NCBI GenBank assembly: GCA_013265495.1
Contig: MU061049.1
Span: forward strand, 620,001-684,000
DNA: 64,000 nucleotides
Direction of reading: 5' to 3'
Source of the DNA: Vicugna vicugna
Taxonomy: Eukaryota
Of this stretch, positions 47,215 to 60,835 are shown piece after piece; positions within the stretch are counted from its first letter, which is position 1; each line of letters begins with the position of its first letter. The notes beneath the pieces were generated by a model. That model ran no database searches and was not told the DNA's origin. It saw only the letters and a program-made list of their open reading frames with translations. The position numbers and the translations under genes were made by a program.

Positions 47215-48900
47215 TTGGTAAGTCACATAAACTAGAAACAGTGCAGACTGCAGTTTCTGATGACAACGCAAGAAACCAGAAATTAGCTAACCGAAGAACA
47301 TTCTATTTGAAATTTACATCATTTCAGAAACACGTGAAGGAAATCAGTTAACTACGTACATAGCCCTGTGTCACTAAATTTGGTAGGACGCACCAGGGGC
47401 CCAGAAGCCCGGCAGGGGGTGTGCCACACAGACTCAGTGCAAGGAGCCACTTCTCCCAACGTCACCGACAGCCCCGCGGGGTGAGACGGGAGTGAGGGGC
47501 CGTCTCGGGAGGAAAGGCTCTGCGTTCTCTTTTCAAAACTCCTCCCATGCTAGGAAGCGAGGCCGCAGAGGAGACAGCATGTGGCCCACAATCCCCTTCC
47601 CCGCTCTCGCTCTCCGGCCTCCGCGGCAGCACGACCCGCTTAGTCACAGCAGGAGCAGTGGTTCTCGGCGCCCTGCTGAACAGGCCGCCACCACGAATCC
47701 GTTTCAAAGGACGGCGCCCAAGGCAGGAGCATCCCCTCTGCCCGGTCCCGGTCCTGGTCTGGACCAAAGCAGCCCAGCGCGCTCTGAGCCCCGCACACGT
47801 GCCCTGCATGCGCTTAGATGGGCGGACACGCGCAGGTGCGCGAGAGCGGAGCGGCTCCCAGCGAGGCCCGGGGCCTGCAGGCCGGGCTGCACCCGGAGGC
47901 TGGAGACTCGCGGCAGCGGTAGTGGCAGCAGTGGGCTGTCCCCGCTCCGCTGGCGGGGGTGGGGGGTGCCTGCAGGCCACTTTAAGAAGGAAGTCTGCGG
48001 AAGGCAGGGCTGTGAGGGGGTTTGGATAAATCATGACGTTTTACCGCCAGCAGTTAGTCTGGCTGGGGGCGCGGAGTCCAGGCTGAACGTGAGAAGCCAG
48101 GAGAGAGTTCAGGAGATGCTGCGATAATCCGGGGAAGGGAGGGTTTGTGCACAGTCAAGGGGGGCCTCGGCGCCTGCAGAGCCCGCCATGGGTTAATCTC
48201 AGGAGCGAGGCCCGGGCCAGACCAACAGCGCCCATCTGGCGGGGTCATCCCACCTCCTGTCACAGTTCACACCAGGACAGTGAAAGCAGAGGGAGATGAC
48301 CCGTGTGTGTGTGCGTGCGTGTGTGCACAAACCCACACCTGACATTCTCCTAAGGCTCTCAGAGAACGAAACCCAAATTGACAATGTTCTAACTCGTAAT
48401 GCAAATTTCCACAAATTTTGAAGACATGGAATCAACAGACCATGCTTTCCACCCACGAGGCAATTAAATTAGAAATCAGCAGCGAAAGATGACTTTATAA
48501 TTCTCCTGGACATAACGCTTTTTAAATGCCTCTAAATAAGAAATGGAGGGGAAGAACATAATGAACTCAGGAAATCACTGGACCTCAACACCACGCGTAC
48601 CGCATGGCAAAACGCGCAGCCCTCAGCTGCGGGGGAGCTCGCGGGAGAACTCACAGCTTTTAAACGCCTAGAGCAGGAGCAAAGAAGGCCAGAACATTAG
48701 CGAATAGAAAATCCGATTTGAGAAGGTAGGAAAACGACAGGAAGCACCCACAGCAGACGGGAAGGTGGTATCGTTAATAAGGAGCAGCTCAGAAGTTATG
48801 ACAGAAGCCAGCTGTGAAGAGAAACAAGTACAAAATCTGGTTCTTCAAAAAGGGCCCCAAAATACACACCCTCTGATGACACTGACCAAGAACAGTCAGG
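47215..48900 (+). mobile_element. Discontinuous LINE-1 EN fragments (about 47215-47345 and 48330-48900) with a GC-rich insert between
   Basis: atggaatcaacagaccatgctttcc...gcaattaaattagaaatc is typical of L1 ORF2 EN. Confidence 0.55.
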
Positions 48901-49184
48901 ACGGGACAGGCGGCTCGAGCAACTGACAGGAAGCCCAGGGCTTCTGGGTCGGGGCGGGAAGCAGCAGGCGTGCCTCTCCCTGCGCTCCTGCTGAGCACAG
49001 CTAAAACCCGGGTTAACCAGGAGACGCACGTAAGAAAACCTGGGACGGCGGACAGCCGGCGGCCTGCACGGGCTCAGGCGTGAAGGCTGACGCAGCAGTG
49101 AGGTCCCCATTGTGGGTTTTTGTGTTTCCCTCCTATTTATTCCAAACTGGTCACTGGAGAAGCCTGCAACTGAAAATGCCGACG

Positions 49185-49708
49185 TGTCATAGAAAAGAGC
49201 AAATCTGGCTCCGTGCTGGACCCGGCCCCTTGGCTTTACCCCTGCGCCCTGCTTCCTGGGCTTGGTCGTGCCGGCTGCACCTTCTGTAAGAGAGTGCTGC
49301 CCAGCGCCTGGGACACACAGGAGCCCGCTCTCCAGCCCCTGACCCTTAAGGATATTAACGCTTTTTCATCCATTTAAAGACAAGCTGCAGAACAGAAAGG
49401 TGGCTTTGTTGGAGACTCACGGGGACACCACGCCCTGACCCTCGTGGACGGCTGCAAGAATAAAGGGTTCAAGAACAAAAAATTCCTACACCAAGAAGTT
49501 TGCAGCCACCGAGCACACCTCCTCCCCTTTTTAGTATAAAAGGAGCCTGAATTCTGACCTGGGGAGGATGGTTCTCCAGGACATGAGTCCCCCATCCTGT
49601 TGGTCTGCCGGCTTTCTGAATAAAGTCACTGTTCCTGGCCCCAGCACCTCGTCTCCCGATTTATTGGCCTGTCGTGCGGCGAGCAGAATGAGTTTGGACT
49701 CAGTAACA
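49185..49708 (+). mobile_element. ERV1-class solo LTR (524 bp)
   Basis: TG...CA termini (tgtcatagaaaag...tttggactcagtaaca), TATAAAA at 49535-49541, AATAAA at 49619-49624. No clear TSD. Confidence 0.8.
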
Positions 49709-49719
49709 AAAGAACACAG

Positions 49720-52520
49720 GAAAAATGCCAAAGAACATGGGCTTTTCTCAAGAAAAGTCACCTCTCTCTCTCCCTCTCTTTCTCGGCAAAGGTCTGGGAC
49801 CAGGAAACCTAGGAAGCCAGGAATCTTTCTGACAACTCTGCCCTCCTCCAGGCGAAGCTGGCAGGACACACACACAGGACACACACACTCACTAGTGCCT
49901 CTCTCAGAGCAGGCTCCCACTCAGCAGTGACAAGGCACTCCTCCCTCTGTCCAAGGTACCAGGGAGGCCGGGGAGGGCCAGGACAGCCACCCCGCCGCTG
50001 TGACCGAGGCGCCCTCCCCAAGGGTGTCAGCAGAGACCTGCTAAGACAGGGGATTTTTGTAAGATCCAGAATATGGTAACACAGTGACCACAATTTCCAG
50101 GTTACAAACAAAAATCACTTGCCATACCGAAAACTAGGAACATCTCAACACGAAAAGGAAAAGAAAATCAAGCAATGCTAGCACTGAGATGACAGAGATA
50201 TTAGACGCCTCTGACAGGGGCTTTGAAGCAGCCGTCACAAAACGCTGCAGTGGGCATTTGTGAACATGCTTAAAGCAAATCTTTAAAAACCGCTGCCAGG
50301 AAAGAGGACAACTGAAGAACCACCAACAAATTGCCGAAAATCAGTCAAATGAAATAGACAGTCTCAGCATGACTATAGCCACTAGACACACAGAAACTTG
50401 TACTAAAAAGCTCCAGAAAAAAGAAATCTCCAGGCCCAAATGGTTTCCCTGGAGGATTTACCAAACATTTAAAAAAGGAATGAACATAAGCTTTAGATAC
50501 TCTTTTATAGAAAACAAATTTCCCAGCTCACTTCGTGAGGCTGCTAGTGCCCTGATACCAAAACCAGAGATCAGACAGTAAAGAAAAAGAAAAACATAGA
50601 CTAATTTCTCTATGAACATCAACACAAGTAGACCAAAATTTTTTTCTAATTAGCAAATGAATCCAGCAATGCATAAAAGAATTATACACCACGGATAAGC
50701 AGGATTTACCAGATATATAAGGCTGCCTCCACAGTGAGAAAAATCAGTCAATACAATCTACCATGTCCACAAGCCAAAGCATTAAAACCACACAATTATA
50801 CAATCTGATGTGTTAAAAAGCATTTGACAAAATTCAACATTTAATTCATGATAAAAAAAAATACCAGCAAGTTAAGAATAGAGGCAAATGATTGCGACTT
50901 ACTAGGCAGCATCTACAAAAACCCTCCAGGGAACGTCACACGTGATGGTGGCAGGCAGGATGCCGCCCCTAAGACTGGGCGGGCACGGCTGTCCCCCGCC
51001 GCCATCCACAGCCACTGCTCTTACTCAGCACGCCACTCGAGTTCCAGCCACTGCACTCGGCAAGAAGAAAATCAGAAGCAGACAGATCTCTATCTGCAGA
51101 TGATCTGATTTTCCACCAGGAAAACCTCGAGGAATCTATAAAGCAAAACAAAACTCCTAGAACTAGCACATGCGTCCAGAAGGGTGCAGACTGCAAAACA
51201 CACAAAGTTAACTGCATTTCTATGTACTAACGGTGAGCACACACAAACCAAAATTTAAAACGAGTATCATTTAGAATCACTCAAAATAAAATGAAATGCT
51301 CAGGTCCACACTTAGCAAAACTTACGAAGGATCCATATGCTGAAAACTGCAAAATGCTGATGAAATAAATCAAAGAAACCCAAATAAATGGAGGAACATG
51401 ACAGCCATTGGAAGACTCAACACAGTGAAGACATCATTTCTCTCCAAATCCAACTGCAAGCTCAATGCAGTTCCTACCAAAGTCCCAGCACGGTCTGTAG
51501 ACATAAACTCATTCCAGAATTTACATGGAAAGAGAAGGATAAAGCAGGAAGACCCCCTTGGTCTGGAACAAGGCTCACTTTACAGCTACAGGATTCAAGA
51601 GAGTGTGGTGCTGGCATCGGGAGGGACCCGGAGGTCAGCGGACTAGAACAGAGAACCCAGAAGTGGACCCACCAGGGGCGGCTCGGCTCTGACAGGTGGA
51701 AAGCAGGTCCGGGCAGAAGGCGTGGTCCCCCGATGCAAGGCGCTGGGACACAGGCCCCTGGCCCTCAGTCTCACACCTTCCACAAACACTAACTCAAAAT
51801 GGGTGACAGGTAAAATGAGCAAGAAACTACACAATTTTTAGGAAAGAAAATAGGAAATCTCTAGGATCTGGGCTAGGCAAAGAGTTCTTAGACTTGACAC
51901 AGAAAGCATGATCCATGAAAGAAAAAACTGATAAACTGGACTTGATCAAAATTAGAACCTTTTGCTGTGCCGCACACCCTGGTAAGAGAATGAAAAGACA
52001 AGCTGCAGACTCGGGGAGAATATTTGCAAACCACACATCCTACAAGACTAGTACGCAGCCTACATTAAGGATACTCAAAACTCAACAGTGAACATTTAGA
52101 AAATGAGCAAAAGACATGAATGCCTATTTCCCCAAATTAATACAGGGGCAGCAAGCAAGCACGTGGCAAGGCGCTCAACGCCGTCAGCCACCGCGCAGAT
52201 GCAAGGCCAGCCCACGAGGGCTGTCGCTCACACGCACCAGCACAGCTTAACCAGCAGGGCTAGCACCCAACGCCGGCCAGGGTGCGCAGGAGCTGGTCTC
52301 ACACACATTTCTGGTAGAAACGTAAAATGGCGCGGCCACCCTGGAAAAAATCGTTTTTTATAAAACTAAACGTACACTTACTATACAGCCCAGCCATCGC
52401 GCTGTTGTGCGTTTGCTCCAGAGAAATAGAGCTCTGCGTTTAAATTCCCGCTGCAGCTGTATTTATGACAGCCCCCAACTGGAACCACGCCCAGGGAAGC
52501 AGGGCCAAGGTTTTTTGGAG
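49720..52520 (+). mobile_element. Old LINE-1 (5'UTR/ORF1 remnant, RT, 3' region) with deletions
   Basis: ccaggcccaaatggtttccctggaggatttaccaaacatttaaaaaagga and gcatttgacaaaattcaacat are L1 RT hallmarks. Confidence 0.85.
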
Positions 52521-54004
52521 GCTCTTCCAGCCACAACATATGTCCACAGCTTGCTTTCGAGGGACCAAAGGAAGGTAGGGACCCCAGTCTGCCGGACACT
52601 GGGCCCGTGTGACAGCCTGGAACCCAGCGAGGTGGGACCAAGCACGAGGGACACTGTGCTCAGGGAGGGACCACAGAGGAGCCCGAGGGACAGGAGGGGT
52701 TGTCACCACACAGTGTCGCCTAGACAGACATCACCCCAGCCACATGGGGCTGAGGGCAGTGCTGTCCCGTGAGGCTGGGACGGGAGGTGGACCTCACCGC
52801 CAGCAGGCGACACTGGCTGAGAGACCGGGCCCCTCGGAAGTGTGTGGGAGGAGGGGCTGCCCGAGGCCCAGGCCTCGGGAGCAGGTGGTCACTGTGCTCT
52901 TCTGACACCCTGAGCTTTTGACACAGCCCAGGAGCACACTGGGCCCAGTGGGGGGACGGGAAGCTGGCTGCCATCCTCAGCGAAGGTCCCCCACCACCGC
53001 CAGTCTGAAAGGCCCTCTGGCCAGGCTCACGCAGACCCACCCCCGGGGCCTCACACACCTTCTCCATCTGACTCACTGGCTCCAAAACATGACCGCAGCC
53101 CAGCGGCTAGCGGGCGGCAGGACTGGGTGGGGTGCAGACCTTCGCTTCTGCCCGCCTCCCAGGGCTGCCAGCTCGGGCCAGCGCCTCCAGAGGGCCAGCC
53201 GAGGGCTGAATTGTTCTGGGGGGCCCAGGCCGAGGTGGGGGGCTCGTCACTGTCCTCCCCACGCCCCTGCACTGAGCTGCCCCCTCAGCTTCATGAGGGG
53301 ACCTCCTGGGCCCCCATTTCCAGGGACCCAAGGCCCCATCTCCCGCTGTCGTCAGCCCAAGCTCCCTAGAAGGGAAGCCCCGGGTCACGGATGGGGCCAG
53401 ACAGGTGCGGCCAGGCCGGCCTCTGCCTACTCCCCGCCCAAGCTCCCGCCCAGGCTCCCCCGTGTCCGTGCAGAGTCCTGCCAGCTCGCAGGCGTGTCTG
53501 ACAGGTGCCCTCACTACCTGACCAGCCTGGCTGGGGGAGGGGCTCTGTGCGGGGCATGGGCAGGCCAGGACCAGGGGCCTCCCCGCAAGGCCGCTCCCTG
53601 CGCTGCGGCCTGGTCCTCACAGGTCACCGGCCCTCCCTGGAGAGCACGCGCCGGCCTGAAGCGAGGAGGGGAAGGCGCGGCCTCCGGTGAGGTGGGGAGG
53701 CTGCAGGTGGAGGCGAGGCCGAGTCTCACGGATCACAGCTGGGACAGATGGACGGACGGACATGCTCAGTCGCCGCCCCTCCCCACCCTCAAGCTCACAG
53801 ACACGCAGCCACACCTGGAGCGGGGTCCTGACGTGGGTATGCGGGCTTCTCCAAGGAGGTGCAAGAGGATGTTGGCCAACAGAGCCCCCAAACTCAAGCG
53901 GGGGGGAAGCACTTCCCATCTGGGGGTTCTGGAAGCCTTCAGTCTCCCCTTAGAGAACCAGAACCCTCAAGGTGAAAGGGTGTGAGTTTACCCAGCAAAA
54001 TTAT

Positions 54005-54023
54005 CAGCCACTAGGTGGCAGCA
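54005..54023 (+). promoter_or_regulatory. Strong CTCF motif
   Basis: cagCCACTAGGTGGCAGca fits the CCASYAGRKGGCRS core with no mismatch and contains no CpG. Confidence 0.6.
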
Positions 54024-56994
54024 GAATTCCACTGGCCTAATCTCAGGTCTTCAAAGAAAAAGATTCTCTGAAGGATTCTCAGAAACAGACTAGGAACGTA
54101 TTGGACCAAACCCAGCCCACGGCCCATGTCTGCGGTTCACAGGCCCGCCCACCTCACTGGCAGAGCTGAGCGGAAGCTACAAAGGCTGCGCAGCCCACAA
54201 TCCCAAACTGTCTCCTCCGGCGTTCCAGACGGCACGTGCTGACCCGGCTCTGACTCGCGGTGTCCTGACGACAAGCACGGCCCCTCTTCTGATGACCAGC
54301 CACGGGCATAAGGGGGGAGGCTCAGGAAGCCTGCCCGCGGCCCAGCGTGCCGGGAACACCGCAGGGGTCCCCGAGCGCACAACTGGCTGGGACACTTAGC
54401 AGCCGCCAGATGCCCCCTGTCCCCTGGTCTCGGAGGAAGACATCGAGGTAGAGAGGCCAAGTGTGGTCCCTGGAAACCTCGCCTCCCCAGCGAGGCAGCA
54501 CACGGGAGGAGCCGCGGAGTCAGAGCCACCACGAAGGACTTCGGGGCTCAGGGCCTGGGATCCCGGGAGCCCCTTCCCAGTCTCCACTGTGAAAAACAGG
54601 CGGACCATGGCCGACACCCTGGGCTGCCGTGTGGCCTCTGACTGGTCCCAGACACTCGCCTGGGAGCACCCCTCCCAGGCCACACACTACGGGGGATGGA
54701 GTTCAGCTGCTCTCCTGGAGGAGCGAACAGCCCCGCTCGCGCTGCAGGGACCTGTACGTGTTTCCGACAGCACACACTGTACACCCGGCCACTTCATGGT
54801 GGCACTTTCTACGTGGACACGGTGAGCAGGAAACAGCAAGATGTCCAGATGCTCTGGGGGCACGGGGCCAGAGGCTGGGGGAGTTAAAGATCTCAGGGCT
54901 GGTGCATCAGCACAAGCGTGGGACACTCCGCTGTCAGGACAGTGCAGACGTCTCGGCTCTGGGGCAGGCCGCACCCCCGTGACAGAGACCACTGTGTTTC
55001 TGGACCCACGTGCAATGCTGCCCGGCCTGTGCAGGCCCCACCAGGTCACCTCGACCTAAGGCCAGGCACACTTGGCACTGGACACAGGCAGGCCAAGAAT
55101 GGGTGCCCAGGCCCTGTGTCACCCCCGCTGGACTGATGTCTCTGCTTCGGCCCACACCTCATGATGGCCGGCTTCGCAGAGCACTCAGTACACCAGCTCA
55201 CGGGGAGGGAGAGGGTGGAGCGGCGGTCTGCACTGAGGGGAAGGTCTCGCAGTGAGGAGGTTCCCACCCCAAGCAACTCTGCCCCCCTAGCCAGTGTATG
55301 CTGTACGAGTACCTCCGTCACGTCCGGGAGCAGAGCACTCCAGCTGGCCGGGTGTGTGCAAAGGCCCTGGGGTAGGAGTGGGGAGAGGGCCAGGGCAGTA
55401 AGAGCTCAGGTGATGGGCCTTCCAGGTCTTCAAGGAACTCCACCTGCTTCCAGAACTAACTCCCACTGCACAGCCTGTCCCAAGGAGGAGGGCCAGGGCT
55501 CGCTCAGGGAGCAAGGATGTTTGAACAGTTTTGGGGAGGCTCAACTAAGCCTGTCATGCCTGGGCCTTCAGCTGAGAACATCTGATCCGTGGTCCCCTCC
55601 CGCGGATGGTGTCCCCTGGTTAATGGTCCATGCCTGTCTCCCACCAGGAGTTTCCGGCAGGTGGAGACCAGCCTGGCACCTCTCGGTCCGGCAGCATCAG
55701 CCAGCACGTGGGAGTTGCTCAAGCTGAGTGCCTGGCCAGACATTCACGGGCAGGTCTCACCCACGGCTGCAGTGTCACCGTCCTCCTCAGCTGGCCACCA
55801 TGTCCCAGACTATGAATTTCAGCTTATTCCCACAAGTGGATAGGGCCTCCAGGCTGCACTCCAGAGGGAGGTGGGCACAGACCCCGAGGGCAGCCCGGAG
55901 TCCACCCAGAGCCCTGGCCTCCCTGCCCCACGCCGCTCTCCACATGTCAGGGAGAAGCTCAAAGTCCCCAGGTCACAAGGACCAGGTCCCCTGGCACCTG
56001 CGTCACTCGCTCCCCAGCTATGTCTGCCTTCATCACTGGACACTGGTTCCTCTTCATCACCCGTGTTCTCCAGCTGCAGACCTCAGTGAATGGCTTGCTC
56101 GGGCAGCTCTCTGCTCTGCTCGCATCAAGGCTGCGCTGACCCGGCCCTCTGAGGCCCCGCACCCTGGCACCCAGCTCGCTCCACCCTTAGGGGTCAGCCT
56201 GTCACCATGCAGCCACCCAGCCCACGACTTCACCTTCAACCCCCATGGTCCCGGTCTCCCAAGTGGTCCCTGTGCCCACCCAGAAGGTGACTGCACCCCT
56301 CCCTGTCTGCCAGTGCTCCCAGGCACACCTGGGGACATGCCATCTCTTCCAGCTTGCCTGAGCCACAGAAGCCTCTGTCCAAACATGGCTTCCTGCAAAT
56401 GCTCGATGTGTGAGTCAGTTTGAGCATGCCACCTCGAGACATAGCACACGTGCAGACACCCTGCACCTCCCAGAACATTCCAGAAAGCGCAGGGAGGGGG
56501 AGACGCAAGGACCGACAGCCGGGGTCCCGAGGAGCAGTGCTGCCGGGTCTGGAAAACGTGTGGTTCCACCCTGACCCCACGAGGCAGCAGATGAGAAGGT
56601 GCCCTGAAAGGCACTGGGTGCAGCAGCGCCTCAGGGCCCACGCTAGCACCCACCCCCGCTCGCGTCTCCGTTAGCTCAACATGGAATAAAGCACACCTTG
56701 GGCACGGTGCAGACTGCCGCCAGTCCATCTCGCTCCCCCGACTCGCATTCACGCAGACTGCCCTTTCCAAAGTGCTTCTGTGAGGATGGTTTCCCCAAGA
56801 GGCCAGCAAAACCCGCTGGGCCCACCCATGGCCTTGGTGAGCACAGGACACATGGCAGGGGGCCTGCCCTCCACGCCGCAGGTGAGTGCTTGCCATCTCA
56901 GCGAGCAGGAACGCCAAGGCTGGACCATGAGGCAAGAAGATGGGACAGGCCCCCTCACCCCCAGTGCTGCTCAGCTCCCTGCTCAGCCTGCAGA

Positions 56995-59255
56995 CACTGC
57001 CACTTTAAAAACCTATAAAAGGGATGCACTCAAAAACATTACAGATAAATCAAAATGGAATTCTAAAAAACAATGGTCAAGTAACCCAAAGGAGGCGGAG
57101 GAGTACACAGAAAAGAAAAACCACAGCAAACAAACACAAAACAAACAGTAAAATGGCAGCCCTCAGCCCTAACGTAGCAATAATTGTTACATTATGCTAT
57201 AAATGGTCTAAATACACCAATAAAAGACAGAGATGGGCACAAGGTATTAAAGGAAAAAAAAAGACCCAACTATTCGCAGTCCAAGCAAACATTCTTTCTT
57301 AAAAACCAGGAATGGCTACAGCAACGCCAGATGCGGCAGACTTCAGAGCAAAGACAACAGGCAGGGACAAAGAAGTCATTTCATAGCGATGAAAAAAGTC
57401 TCTCCGTGAAAAGTGAGCAGCCCTAAATATCTGTGCACCGAAAAACAAAGCACAAAATCCATGAAAGACTGACAGCAAAGGAAAAACAGATAAAGCCACG
57501 TTTACATTGGAGATTTCAAGACCCCACCTCTCAACAACTGGCAAGACAAGGGAACAGAAAATCACGAACAACACAGGAGGACTTAACACCATCCCCAAAT
57601 GAGGCGGCTGACGCTGCAGATCACTCCAGCCCACGGCAGCGGAGCACACGTTCTTCTCAAGCACCTGCGAACATTCACCCAGACAGCTCGCAGCCGGGGC
57701 CGTGAAGCTCATCTCAGCACATCGGCAAGAATTAAAATCACACAGAGTGCATTCTCTGAGTACAATTAAATCAAATCAGAGCAATAGCTGAAAGATAACG
57801 GGATCGTCTCTAAACACTTGGAAATAACACAACACACCTCTGGATAATCCATGGACAAGAGGGAACCGCAAGCGAAACTTAACATATGCAATGAACTGAA
57901 CGAAAATGAAAACACAGCGTACCCACACGTGTGGACCACGGCTAAAGCAGGACTGTGACGGAGATCTCAGGACTGAGCGCTCAACTTAGACAAGGTAAGT
58001 GGCTTCTGCTTTAAGAAGCGAGAAGTAAAGCAAGGGAGGGTGGCGGGCAGAGCAACCCCTGCGCCGGAGATGCCGCCCCCGAGCCCCCCGGCAAGTGCGA
58101 ACTGCCCTCAGTGGCAGAGGGACTCTGCAGGTGGGACTGAGGTTACCAGCCTCCAAACAGGGAGGTTATCCTGGGTTATCCGGGCGGGCCCAGTACAACC
58201 ACCTGAGCTCTTTAAGGTGGAGAACCTTCTGAGCTACCTCAGAGGGAAAAGTGATGCTGGAAGAAGGGTCAGAGAGAGATGCTGAGGTGCCGAGGAGCCG
58301 AGGTGGGAGGGAGAGGGGCTGGGAGAAGCAAGGAAGCGAACCCTCCCCGAGCCTCCAGAAAGGGGTGCAGGGCGGCCAGGCCCTGGCCTGAGCCCAGTGG
58401 GCCCGTGCTGGGCCCTGTGCTGGGGTCCGCTCTGCAGACGGCTGGGAGTCTGCAGTAATATCCTCAGGCAGCCGCAGGAAGTGGCTACAGCAGGAATAAA
58501 AACATGAATGGAAACCAATGGAAACACAGACAAACAATAAAGAAAAATAAAATAAGTTCACAACCTTTAAACTGAAAACCCTCCGATAAAGACAAAAGGA
58601 GAGAAAACGAAAATCCCAAACAGCAGATGTGAAGACAAGTTGCCCCTGTGGACCCCGCGGACATCAAAACGGCGACCTGGGGTCACGATGATGAGCTCCG
58701 TCAGCCCGCACGTATCAGCTCAGGTGAATGGGAAGTTTTAAAAACCACAGCCTCCAGAACTGACACAGACTAAGAACGGATGTGGACACAGCTGTAGATG
58801 TTGAAAAAGTTGAATTTGTTGGCAAATCCCTTCCCACCAAGGAGACTCTAGACACTGGGAAATTCTGCCAAACGTGTGAAGATGTCATAACTCCAATCTC
58901 ACACAAACTGCTTCAGAAAAATAGAGGAAGAAGAAATAATTCCAAAGTCACCATACAAAGCAAGCGTAACTCTGATTTTAAAATCTGATGAAGATATGAG
59001 AAAAATGAAAATTGCACACCAGTCTCTTTCGTGACCGTATGTGTAAGCCCCTCACAAAAGTATCAGCAAGAAAAACCAAGAATTGTGACCAAATAGTGTT
59101 TACATCGGGAATGCAAAGTTGGTTTCACACTTGCAAAATCGATCAGTATAATTCACCATATTAACGGGATACAGCAGAAAATTATCATTCCAGGAGATGC
59201 AGGGAAAATCGCCTGACAAAATTCAGCACCATGCCTGATAAAAACCCCCAACAAA
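56995..59255 (+). mobile_element. Old LINE-1 inter-ORF region plus ORF2, interrupted by an MLT1 LTR
   Basis: The track ORF at 57184 reads INGLNTPIK (L1 EN). The L1 resumes after 58490 with RT-region motifs such as tttacatcgggaatgcaaagttggtttcacac. Confidence 0.8.
58039..58489 (+). mobile_element. MLT1D-like MaLR LTR
   Basis: gggaggttatcctgggttatccgggcgggcccagtacaacc and terminal gcaggaagtggctaca match MLT1 hallmarks. Confidence 0.75.
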
Positions 59256-59869
59256 CACAGCTTTTTCTGGTACGCGACCACTCTTGCTTCCAAAGGCACC
59301 AAGCTGACTGCTCACACGTGGTGGCGTTTAGGACTGGGCCCAGGAGCAGCCACTGGGGTAGACCTACTGTCTGGTGGGAGCCCGTGTAGGAGCTGGAGGA
59401 CAGACAGACGTGGTCCTTGGGGAAGCGGAGGCTGCGGGGGAGACCCGCTCGCCCTGCTTGCCCCAGAGGGTGCTTTCCAAGTGAGGTGCAGAGCTGGTAG
59501 GTGCTGGGACTGCTGTCAGCTCTAGAGAAGGTATCCCCAAACCTGTGTGAAGCCCTAATCTGTGTCTGCAGAAAGGGAGACTCTGAGACTCTGGGAGGGC
59601 CGCCGGGAGGCGCAGGTCACACTGACAGCGCAGCAGGAGGGCCCCGGACAGCAGACCAAGCCTTCCGCTGAAGCTGCTGTAAGGTTCCGGCGAGGGGGCA
59701 ATGGCCCGGGGCCCAGCAACATGGACACAGACAGACGATGCCCTGACAAAGCCGAATCCAGTCCTGAGAGCGTCACGGGGACCCTGGCCCCTTCAGTCCC
59801 CCCTAGAACAAACGGGGACGGGGGAACCCTAAAACACTTCACCAGTGATGCCCAGCACACAGCAGGAGT

Positions 59870-60300
59870 CCCTGGATGTGCAGTGAGCAGCAAATAGTCA
59901 ACGGGACCCAGACGTGATCCAGACATTAATGTCAGCAGGCAAGACTCGAAATAGCCCCGGCGATTATGTAATGAAAAAGAAAGGGAAAGGTGGAAAAAAA
60001 CGGATGTGGGCTATCCCCACCAAGAACGAAAAGGTAAAGAAAAATGCATTCTAAACCTGAAAATTACAAAATCCGAAAGAAAAAACTCTCTGTGTGGGGC
60101 TCCCAGGGGGCTGGACGTAGCAGAAGGCCAGGGAAGTAAACTGGAAAAGCGGTCAACAGAAAAGGTCCAAATGAAGAACAGAAAGGGGAAAAAAGGTTAG
60201 GGAAAACCGAGCAGAGAAACAAAAAATCCAGAAAAGAACTTAAGATGGAGATACACGGAAAGTATTTACCCAAATATACGTAACAGTTTAAAAACAACAG
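59870..60300 (+). mobile_element. LINE-1 ORF1 coiled-coil fragment
   Basis: ILNLKITKSERKNSLCG...LDVAEGQGSKLEKRS resembles ORF1p ILELKNTITEMKNSLDG...LDTAEERISELEDRS. Confidence 0.7.
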
Positions 60301-60628
60301 CGACAATGTTGTTCCTAACACGTACTCTACCGAACTGCTTTATTTCCCTTGGGACATACTCCACTTGGGATACGCAGTTACAACCGTCATGTTATGAAGG
60401 CATCTGAAGCAATGTTTTCCTGTGTGGTTGCCTCACCAACTCGATACACATGCACCTATTTAATTTAGGGCTGAAATGAACAGCCGTCTGCGTGTCTACT
60501 CCGTGCCTATTGGTCACGCCTATTTTTGCCAGCAATGCTCTGGGGGAGGGCCCGAGAACAGGACCACCGGACAAAGGGTAAACGCAGGGGAAAGTTCTCT
60601 AGACGTTGACAAGCCCCCCCGAAAGCAC

Positions 60629-60835
60629 TGTGTCAGCCCGGGCAGCCGCCGTACACCACCACAGGCTGGGCAGCTTGCAGCAGAAACTTATTTTCTCGCA
60701 GCCTGGAGGCCGGAGGTCTGCGATCAGTCTGGGCAGGGCTGGCTTCCCCAAGGCCTCTCCCCTTGGCGCATGGATGGCTGCCTTCTCCCCGTGTCCCCCC
60801 GCGATCATTTCTCCTGTGCACACACGTTTCCATTT
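60629..60835 (-). mobile_element. MLT1 (B/C-like) MaLR LTR fragment
   Basis: accacaggctgggcagcttgcagcagaaacttattttctcgcagcctggaggccggagg matches the antisense MLT1 3' end. Confidence 0.75.

Noticed and set aside
52918-53985. Longest ORF (355 aa) as a novel gene
   Set aside because: Low-complexity Pro/Gly/Arg composition, no domain, and equally long overlapping ORFs on the other strand.
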